In this document: in pieces, positions 50,501 through 59,108 of the stretch
Position numbering within the stretch: the stretch's first letter is position 1
Layout: every line of letters starts with the position of its first letter
NCBI GenBank assembly: GCA_001724265.1
Contig: MEDY01000114.1
Location: forward strand, 1 to 64,000
Reading direction: 5' to 3'
DNA from: Rhizaria sp. SCN 62-66
Lineage: Eukaryota
Length of the DNA stretch: 64,000 bases
The notes under the pieces: model-generated
The model's database searches: none
What the model saw: only the letters and a program-made list of their open reading frames with translations
Told to the model about the DNA's origin: nothing
Program-made: the position numbers and the translations under genes

Positions 50501-53500
50501 AGCGACAGCTCGTCCGACTCGCCGTTCCTGCTGTACCTGCTCGCGCTGTGCCTCGCCGCCCGCGGCCTGCGCGCCCCCGCGCGCCGCCTGCTGTGCCGCT
50601 CGCTGACGCTCTTCCCGCTTAATCTTTCGGCCTGGCACCTGCTGCTCGCGCTCGCCGACCCGCCCCCGCTGGCCTCCCGCTCCCCCGCCCCGCCCCATAG
50701 TAGCCCTAACAGCGGACTCACGGCCGACCCGGCGACGGGCTTCGCCGCGGCGCCGCTGGCGGTGCCGGCGCACTGGGCGCTGCTACTGGCGCTGGCGCAG
50801 CACGTCGGCCGCGGGCTCGCGGTCCCGCCGCTGGCCGCCGCGGTGGCGGGCAGCGCCGTGCCGCTGCCGCTGCTCTCGATGCTCACGGGCGCCACTGCAG
50901 ACGAGCTCCTCGTCCCCGCCACCGGGGATAACGACGATGCCGACGGTGCAAACGGCGGCAAGGGGGCGGTGCGCGCGGACGCCTGGCCGTATCTCACTGC
51001 GCCGGGTGCGCTGCAGGCGGTGCTGCAGTGCATGGCCGCGCCCGCGCCCGACGAGAGCGTGCTCGCGCCCAACAACAGTACGTATATCTTGCACTTAATC
51101 AAAGACTCACTCAAATAGCAATTAACTTGGCGTCGCTCAATTCGCATCGTTGTATGCAATCGCTTGATTACCTGTATTCTGTTTTCTAACATGCTTCTCG
51201 CAATTCCGCTTACTTTCTTGCACTTCTTCAACAGAGCGCTGCCCGCTGTGGGGCGCATTCACCTCGGCACCGCCGCAGCTGCCGCGCGCGAGCCCCGCGG
51301 CGCTGCTGCCGGTGCCGCAGCACCACCCAGCCTCCGCGCTGCTGTCGTGCTGGGTCGCGCTGCTGCCCTGGTCGCTGCCGGCCCGCGCGCTGCGCCTGTG
51401 GCTCACTCTGCGCGGCGCAGACACGGACCCCGCGACGCTGGCGCCCATCCAGGACGGCGTCGCGCTCGCCGACCGCTCGACCTCGAAGTTTAGCCGCGTC
51501 GCCGAGCAGAAGCTAAGCCGCGGCGGTAACAAGCTAGGCGGTCACCGCGCTCGCGTGCCGCTGTCGTCGCTGCCGCTCGCCCCCGCCACGGTGCCGTTTT
51601 TCCCCGCCCCGCATCTGCCGCAGTACGTGCAGTCACTGCTCGCCGCCCACAGTCCCTCCATCGCCGGCGCCGCCGCTGCCCACGGTCACTCTGCGGGCGC
51701 GAGCGGCGTGGGCGGCGCGACGACGCTGTGCGCCGTGGCGCTGGCCGCAGTAAGCGCGACGCCGCTGCTGCTGCACCTGCACTCGCGCGCGCTGTCGACG
51801 GCGACCGTGGGCCGGCTCGACGACGCGGGGCTCGCCGCTGCGGTCACCGATGCCGCCGCCGCCGCCGCGGAGGCCGTCGCTGAGGCCGCCGAGGCCGCGC
51901 GCGCTCAGCTGCAGCAGACAGAGGCCGACGCTAACGCCGCCGCTAGCTCTGCAGAATATGCGCAGGCGCATGCACAGGCGCTGGTTGAGGATGCGCGGGA
52001 GGACGTTGCGGTAAGTGAGCGTGCGCTGCAGATTGTGACGGCCGCCGAGAACACCAAGAACGTCGGCTTCGGCGCCGGTGCCGCTGCGGGCGCGTCTAAG
52101 GGAGAGACTGTGGCCATGGACCCGGCCCTTACACTGGACACTTACAGCAACATCGGGCCTAGTACCTCGGGTGACAACAGCAGCAATGCCCTGAGTGTAA
52201 GTGCCTTCGCGACCGTGACGTACCCCTTAGACGGCCCCTCCGCGCTGAGCCTGTGTCCGCTCACGGCGCCCCTTGTCGCCCAGCAGGCCCTCAGCGGCCC
52301 CGTGCCAGCACCGCAGGTGGTGACCGAGCCGGTGTACCGCGCGGCCGCCGCGGGCGCCGGCGTGGGCGCGGCTGCGGGCGGCGAGCTGGACTGGCAATGG
52401 GGCGCTGCGCGCTGGGGCCGCGCCGTCGTTGACGTTGTCGCCGAACACATGGCGCGCACAAACCCCATCAGGTACGGCAACGCAAATGTTAGTTCTCTCT
52501 ATCGATGTAACGAACCTATCAATTTTACGTGCGTCTGTTTGCGCTGAATTACTGACTCAATCTTTGTTATTTTCTTGCCTGTTTGTTTGTTTGTTTATTT
52601 ATTTCGTGCTTGCAGCCCCGAGGGCCACTTAGCCGCAGCGCTACAGTCGCTCCTGGCGTCGCCGCTGCTGCCGCAGCGCCTGCCGCGCGTGCACTCGGCC
52701 GCGGCGGCCGCGCTGGAGCTGGGCCTGGGCTCGGCCTTGTCGTGGCGTCTGCTCGCGCTGTCAATCGACGATGCCGCCGCGCCCGTGCTCGAGGCCTACG
52801 CCAAGGCCGCGCAGTGCGCGCCGCTAGACTACGGGTACGCTCCACTACGAAACACCTTGAAAACATGCTGCGACTGTGTATCACGCGCACTCTGAGATGT
52901 TGCTTTGTTTGTCTTGTCACAGCATTTTGAAGACATCACTCATCTAGCTATTTGTTCTGTTTTGCTTTGTTTTTCTCAGTGCGCACCTGGCCGCGTCGGC
53001 CTTCTGCGCCGCGCTGACCATGTGGCCGCGCGCGCTGTACCACGCGCGCTCCGCCGCCGCGCTTGCGCCCTACGAGTCGGAGGTCTGGCTCAGCGTCGCG
53101 CACTGCGTCAGCGGGATGCGGTACGTAACAACAAATGCATTGCTTTACTGCATGGCTTATATCCTATTGTTAGCCTAGCCTCTGAATCGCGATATGTTTC
53201 ATCAATTCTATTTCCTCACCCTTCTTCTTCGAACACATGTTGCCCCCACCACGACCTCCCCCCGCAGCGGCCCCGCGGCTTCGGTGCCGTTCCTGACGCG
53301 CGGCCTGCAGCTGGGCGACCGCTCGCTGGCGCTGTCGTCGGCGCTACTCACGGCGGCGCGATGCTCGCTCTCGAGTGCCGCCGTGCTCGACGCCGTGCAG
53401 CGCGTCGAGGCGCGCTTCCCGTCCTGGCCCGCGCTGCTGGCGCACCCCGTTGGCCGCCGCGCCTTTGCGCTGCACTGCGCCTACGCGCTTCAGTCCGGGG

Positions 53501-53757
53501 ATGCGACCACGGCCGCCGAGCTCGCCGCCGCGCTCGCCGCAGACGCCGCGGGCGCGTACGCCGGCGTCGGCCGCGACCTGGCCCCCGCGGCGGTGGCCAT
53601 GGCGCTCGTGCAGCAGCGCGCCGCGCGCAAGCAGGAGTTGCTGCAGCAACAGGAGCAAGAACAGGAACAAGACCAGCAAGTCGCTGAGAACGGTGACGCT
53701 GAAGCCGCTGGCGACGGGGATGGGGATGGCGAAGAGGGCGACGGGATGTTCTTTTAA
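44544..53757 (+). CDS. CDC23: Divergent APC8/CDC23-like TPR protein with ~1,500-aa low-complexity N-terminal extension, ~2,762 aa; exons 44544-49398, 49573-50216, 50375-51077, 51235-52471, 52616-52834, 52980-53120, 53268-53757; internal TAG at 44865
   Basis: Six GT-AG introns chain in frame. Segments resemble APC8 in the right order: LRAHGLSRAAAALASL; EPRRAAWLL; FVLLFAQFMCGE; NPELPSL; DSPFLLYLLALCL...SLTLFPLNLSAWHLL; VLEAYAKAAQCAPLDYGA; ALYHARSAAALAPYESEVWLSVAHC. TAA stop. Similarity judged by eye. Confidence 0.7.
44865..44867 (+). other. In-frame TAG in CDC23-like gene, probable sense codon (Gln)
   Basis: QQQQHQQQQAAS*DEDEDD; the acidic/Gln-rich composition is the same on both sides and the frame continues for ~1,510 codons. 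Confidence 0.75.
45396..47050 (+). repeat. Cluster of GCYCACRGTCAC copies encoding AHGH/AHSH repeats
   Basis: Perfect copies at 45396, 45411, 46260, 46278, 46356, 46374, 46389, 46815, 46932, 46992, plus an antisense copy at 46576. Confidence 0.85.
49399..49572 (+). other. Intron 1 (CDC23-like), 174 nt
   Basis: G|GTACGA...ctcttcacAG|CG, phase 1. Confidence 0.85.
50217..50374 (+). other. Intron 2 (CDC23-like), 158 nt
   Basis: GAG|GTCCGT...ctccccctcAG|CCG, phase 0. Confidence 0.75.
51078..51234 (+). other. Intron 3 (CDC23-like), 157 nt
   Basis: A|GTACGT...cttcttcaacAG|AG, phase 1. Confidence 0.8.
52472..52615 (+). other. Intron 4 (CDC23-like), 144 nt
   Basis: AG|GTACGG...gtgcttgcAG|C, phase 2. 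Confidence 0.85.
52835..52979 (+). other. Intron 5 (CDC23-like), 145 nt
   Basis: GG|GTACGC...ttttctcAG|T, phase 2. Confidence 0.85.
53121..53267 (+). other. Intron 6 (CDC23-like), 147 nt
   Basis: CG|GTACGT...cccccgcAG|C, phase 2. Confidence 0.85.
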
Positions 53758-54245
53758 CGCGGCTTAACTGTGCTGATTTGGATTTAAATATAAGATTGAT
53801 ACTTGTATCGCTACATTAGATTGATATCTTCTACGAAAAGGCAATACACTTTCGTATTTCATGCTGAATAAAGCTGAATGTTAGTTGCTGTGGTACAAAT
53901 GGTGTATTATTTATGTTTTTGAAAAGCAGCGTGACACTCACTCCTGCTACTAATAAAACAGCATTGGGTAATGCATGTCGGCACAGCATCAATAGTGTTC
54001 AATGATCATTTGCAAACGGACAAAAGAAACTACTGAGTCTTGAGACGTGACCATCCAAGTCAATACTTGACTGTCCTTTGAAAGAAAACAACAGGGCAAT
54101 GTGAAGTGAAATCAGCATAAACAACTACTAAAAAAAACAATATTTCTAGAAAACGTCTTGAAAGCGACGGAGTGGACAAAATCAAGTAAGATGTGTAAAC
54201 AAAGGAAACGCGAACGCTTGAGTTCAGCGGCGTCGGCGTCTCGCT

Positions 54246-55052
54246 TTACCGGGACTGCTTGAACTCGCGGCGCGCGTAGTGGGTGAACATGCTGCCGGCA
54301 GGCTTGACGAGCTGCGCTGGGTAGGGGTCGTTGACGAGCGGCGCCGTGCGCGCGGCGTCGAAGCGCGTGGCACCGCGGTTCACGACGGGCGAATGCGAAA
54401 CAAGCGCGGGCGTCTGGGGGCGGAAGTCGGTCGCGTCGGCCAGCACCTCGGGGCCCAGATACTGCCCGTTCGAGTGCGACTTGTACTCGCGAAAGCGCTG
54501 CGTGCTGCCCGTTGGCGGCGCGACCGTGGGCGGCACGATGCGCACGGTGAAGGGCGCGGGCTTGCCGCCCTCGGTCGACGGCGACTGATGGTATGCCCAC
54601 GGCGCGCGGCCGGAGGACCAGGTCGCCTCGGAGTGGCGGGTAATCGTATTCTGGTGCAGGTTCGGGAAGCGGTAGTTGAGCCCCGGGACGCCGCGGTAAG
54701 AGTTGTAGTCGGGCACGGAGTAGTCGGGGCCGGGCTTGGTGTAGTACTGCTCGACGAACTGGTCGCGGCGCGCGGGGCGGCTCCACGACGCGGACGCAGG
54801 CAGCGCAGCGGCGGAGCCCGACGCGGACATCGCGGCGGGCGCCAACGCGCTCGCCGCGGCGGGCGCGGGCACGCCGTGCGACGCGTAGTACGCGTTCAGA
54901 GACTGGGTCGCGAAGGCGTTGTTGGCGGGGGCGGTGCTGGGCCGCGCGCCGGCGGTGGCCGAGAACGAGGACGAAGACGACGTCGCAGAGCGCTGGGTGG
55001 AGGCGAACTGCTGCGTGGCCACAAAGGGCGCAGCAACGGCGTAGGCTGACAT
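54246..55052 (-). CDS. Hypothetical protein, 268 aa, Tyr/Pro/Ser-rich
   Basis: GC-rich single-exon ORF with strong C/G third positions, flanked by AT-rich DNA; ATG 55052, TAA stop; no domain recognised. Confidence 0.8.
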   Translation of the reverse strand: MSAYAVAAPFVATQQFASTQRSATSSSSSFSATAGARPSTAPANNAFATQSLNAYYASHGVPAPAAASALAPAAMSASGSAAALPASASWSRPARRDQFVEQYYTKPGPDYSVPDYNSYRGVPGLNYRFPNLHQNTITRHSEATWSSGRAPWAYHQSPSTEGGKPAPFTVRIVPPTVAPPTGSTQRFREYKSHSNGQYLGPEVLADATDFRPQTPALVSHSPVVNRGATRFDAARTAPLVNDPYPAQLVKPAGSMFTHYARREFKQSR

Positions 55053-55849
55053 TGTGCTGTGAGTCGGAATACGGCAGAGAGAGTGGAAAATGTGGGGCGA
55101 AAAGGGAAAGATCACATGGTGAGGAGTGAGAGGGATACGGTTGTGAGATATGCATACTGAGCAGGTATTAACATGTTAATAAATGAGACAAGTGTAAAAA
55201 AGACTTAATTGTGCGCTGAATACAGCACAACACTTCCATCCACGGTCGTTACACAGCAAGAACGAAGGAAACAATATGGGTGCGTTTCAGCAGTTTCGTC
55301 TTGATTGCTGTAGGGTGTCTCAGGTCGATCACTTTTTGGTCACTCTTCGGTCTCTGGTCCGATATGACCGTGAGCAGGGTTTTGGCCCAGCAAAATTAAG
55401 CCGCACTTGTCTGCGAGCATTTTTTCTCAGGAGGCTTTTGTGTGGTGTGCAATAGGGTAATACGATCATGAATATCTTTTATATTTTGTCGAGTGTTATG
55501 TCTATATTGCCATCTGCGTCCCACGTTGAGCAGACCTTTGTAGACGCCGCTGCAGCCTTAAACAGTCGCGCCCAGGTGGTTCGGTAGCCAACTCACCTGG
55601 TCACACTTTGAGTGCATCCACGGCCCTGCTGTTGCAAGTGTTAACAATTTAGCCAACGTTCATCGATGGCTTGTTGGTTATTCTATGCGCCTGTATTGGT
55701 CCTGCTTCAAACACATTTACCTGCGATCTGTGGCCGCTTGCAATAGCCGCTCCCCCAACAACGTGCCAAGCAATCACCTTTCCCTTTGCTTATTATCTCT
55801 TCCTACTCGCTTTACTGTCTCATTCTGCTGTTGTGTTGCTGCTGCGTAG

Positions 55850-56572
55850 ATGCTTGCTCGTACCCTCAAGCGCGTCTCCACCGCTGTCCCCGCGGTGTCG
55901 TCCGTCGCTGCGCGCACCTTCGCCTCCGGCGGCCACCCTTCGATCAAGACCAACTACGCTGACCCCAAGCTCCAGGACTACTACGCGCAGACCGCGAAGC
56001 TCGGCGGTGTTGACCAGTACAACACCACTGACGGCCTTCTCGAGAAGAACATGCTCGACTCGTCCTACCCCGACACCCGCCCCATGCACTACATCGCCCT
56101 GAACTCCACCAAGGCCATGTACGCCGGCCTCGCCCGCGCCGGTGTGTGCAAGCTCGTCGCCCAGATGTCCGCCTCGGCCGACGTCCTCGCGCTCGCCTCG
56201 ATCGAGGTCAACATCTCCGGCTTTGCCGAGGGCACTAACACCACGGTCAAGTGGCGCGGCAAGCCCATCTTCATCAAGCACCGCACTCCCGCCGAGATCG
56301 CGCGCGCTAAGGAGGACGACAAGGCCGTGCTCCGCGACCAGGAGGCCGACTCTGCCCGCGTCGTCGACGACAAGTGGCTCATCGTCATCGGCATCTGCAC
56401 CCACCTCGGCTGCGTCCCCATCCCCGGCGCCGGCGAGTACCCCGGTGGCTTCTTCTGCCCCTGCCACGGCTCCCACTACGACTCCTCGGGCCGCATCCGC
56501 AAGGGCCCCGCCCCGCTCAACCTCGAGGTCCCCGCCTACAAGATGAACGGCGACATGCTCACTATCGGCTAA
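55850..56572 (+). CDS. UQCRFS1: Cytochrome bc1 complex Rieske iron-sulfur subunit, mitochondrial, 240 aa
   Basis: Arg/Ser/Ala-rich presequence, [11 protein letters not shown] hinge, [21 protein letters not shown] and CPCHGSHYD 2Fe-2S boxes, [18 protein letters not shown] stop. Confidence 0.98.
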   Translation: MLARTLKRVSTAVPAVSSVAARTFASGGHPSIKTNYADPKLQDYYAQTAKLGGVDQYNTTDGLLEKNMLDSSYPDTRPMHYIALNSTKAMYAGLARAGVCKLVAQMSASADVLALASIEVNISGFAEGTNTTVKWRGKPIFIKHRTPAEIARAKEDDKAVLRDQEADSARVVDDKWLIVIGICTHLGCVPIPGAGEYPGGFFCPCHGSHYDSSGRIRKGPAPLNLEVPAYKMNGDMLTIG

Positions 56573-56995
56573 GCAGTGTGCGACTTGCGGACATGCGCCG
56601 CAGTACAGCAAGCATGATAGCGCAGCTCAGCAGACGACTACTTCAGTCCGTATGGCTGATGCTGTGTCAAGGGGATTGGGGAGCAACAAACGCGCGAGCG
56701 CAGTCTTTCTCGAAAATCAGCGACAGAAAGCTTGTGTTTGCGTGTCTGTTGCAAACACTTGAATGACGACGATGACGACGACCCTGTAGCGCCTAAAGCT
56801 GCGGAGGTGGACGGAAAGAGTCATATTTAAACAGTACGTGCGTATACAATATGTATGTCTACGCATGTACTGTCACCATTCTCGCGACGAAATCACGACG
56901 CGCAACGAAACAACACTCAACACAACGCAAACGCACCACGACACAGACCTATCGAAGCACACAGTCACTTAATTTGTTTTTCCCTTCCCCTCGTC

Positions 56996-57145
56996 GGTCG
57001 GTCGGTGCCCATCACGGGCACAGCTGCTCAATCGCGCCCGCCGCGCGCCCGCCCCGTTTGGGCGCGCGCGGCCTGGCCCGGCACGGCGGCCACGCTGCTC
57101 TGTGGCGGCGCCGACTGCGCTCGGCGCTGCCGGGGCTGCGACTGT
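56996..57145. other. GC-rich self-complementary island (candidate structured RNA or alternative terminal exon)
   Basis: Five perfect stems of 5-9 bp within ~130 nt, in an otherwise AT-richer intergenic region. Confidence 0.35.
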
Positions 57146-57554
57146 GTCCCGCTCTCTGTGGCGCTGTGTGTTGTTGTGCACATGTGTGTGACAATGAATG
57201 TTGTTGTCGGCGTGGGAATGGCAACTAAAACAGTATAACAACAAAAACACAATAATATTCAATAAATATTCTTTCTTTTTATCAACACTAACGTCTCAAT
57301 ACCGTTAATATCAACCGCTTGCATCTTATGTCTGCCTCCCTTGTTTTCAAATTCTGCAATTTGTGTAGTCAATGTTCTGTAATGACATGTATTGATTGAT
57401 TAAATAGAAGCATATAATATTATATTTTGATATGTTTTCTTGTTTGTGGAATATCTTTTAACCTCCAACCTCAGCCACATTCTAAATAGATGGCGTTCCT
57501 AACACGTTCTAACCGGTTGGTTGATACTTAAACTACTCGACTGTGCTGAGATGC

Positions 57555-58422
57555 TTACGCGGTCTCGTCGGCAGCCTTGACACGCGGAGCGGTGAGCGTG
57601 GCGCGCAGCTCGGCGGCGAAGAGCTCGGGCAGCGACGCAACGAGCGCGTCCTGGTCCTTGATGTCGCCGGGGGGCAGCGCAACGGTGCCCTTCTTGGTGA
57701 GGGTGAGCAGCGTGCGCACGGGCGGCGCCAGGGCGGGCATCTCGGGCGTGGGGAACTGCTCCGCGGCCTCCTTGCCCTGCGCAGTAGCGATGAGCTTGGC
57801 GTAGATCTCGCTCGAGTCGAGCTTGGCAGTGTGCAGGACGGCGTTGGTGCCATCCGAGAAGATGGCGTTGATGCTCGACACGGCGTCGGGCGTCGACGTG
57901 CGCGTGACCTCGAACTCGGCAGTGGGGTTGTAGTACTTGAACGACGGGAGACGGTTGCTTGTGAAGTGGCTGTGTGCCAGTGACGGGATGGAAGGAGAGC
58001 AAGGGAAGAGAATGCAGAATGCGATGTGGTGATGGGGTGAGAGGATGGTTTGTGCAAGTGGCGTAGAAGCGGGAGATGAAGCATGATGACAGCAAGAGTT
58101 TAAAAATCGGTAGAGAACATCGCACGGTTCAACAGCATAGTGCATGCATCGCGCTTCGTTGCTTGGCGAAGCTCACAGCGCTGGCGAGCGAGAGTAAAGG
58201 GAAGAGAGCGTACCGGAGGCCAGCGTGGTCCATGCCGTGCTTGGTGGTGGTGTTGATCTCGAACTTGATGACCTTGGGACAAATGGGCTCGAACATCTTC
58301 ATGTGGGCAATGGTCAGGCCGCGGGACGCATTGAGGTTGAGCACGTTGCAGGGGTTACCGCGGACCTTGGCGACCTTCTTGGCGGCCACCTTGCCGGACT
58401 TCTTGATCACCTTGGCGGACAT
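57555..58422 (-). CDS. Mitochondrial ribosomal protein of the L51/S25/CI-B8 family (mS25/mL61-like), 207 aa; exons 58422-58214 and 57969-57555
   Basis: Spliced HAGLRHFTSNRLPSFKYYNPTAEFEV resembles the G(A/L)RxF...(I/L)P...YxNP signature; Lys-rich N-terminus; TAA stop. Confidence 0.7.
57970..58213 (-). other. Spliceosomal intron, 244 nt
   Basis: CG|GTACGC...gcacacAG|C, phase 2; splicing creates the family motif. Confidence 0.85.
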
Positions 58423-59108
58423 GGTTCTCGACAGGGAAGAACGAGTAGTGTGTGCGTGTGCGCGGAAAGCGGGCTGGAAGGAGTGAACAGTGCAAGGCTG
58501 CGGGGGAAACGCGCGCAGACCAGACTAAAGGGTGGTAGGGGGGCGGAAGCGGCGACTGTAGCGAGAGTATGTGACACGGTGCGAGGGGGGCGAATTTAAG
58601 TAGGCAAAGGTCGGGGGTGAACGAACGAAGCGCAACAAATGAAAAATAATAAGATAGAATACCACAATTTGATTATGGACTTAGAGTTTAAAGTCCTAAA
58701 CACTGAGTGTGTGTCGAGATATTCCCGCTGCAAGTTGCCGCTATTTTCCCTCTGTCTCTGGCCTGCTTGACTGCTGTCGTCGGTGACTGTGTCCGGCTTT
58801 ATTTTCGGCCCACCACAAAAGCAAATTTGACCAGCCCTCTTGGCTGGCCAACGGTTAGAAGAAGGGTTTGACTGGGAGGTGCAAAAGACGATTCGCCCTA
58901 GAGTATAATCACCGTTAATGAGAATAAGAGCGTGCGCATATGAATTATATGAGTGTTTTAGTTGTGTTATTTCAAATCAATTTCTATCGCGTCTCACCTT
59001 GCCCCTTGTGCGCTCCATGTCCGTTTCTCCCACAGCCGCTCGCGTTCTTTACTCTCAGTTCCACCGTTTCGCTCCCAGCTCGACCCCGCGACACTCTGCG
59101 CCGCCGCG

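Noticed and set aside
58676-58696. GGACTT...AAGTCC short inverted motif (similar hexamers near 950 and 44133-44183)
   Set aside because: Six-base matches are too short to tell from chance in one window.
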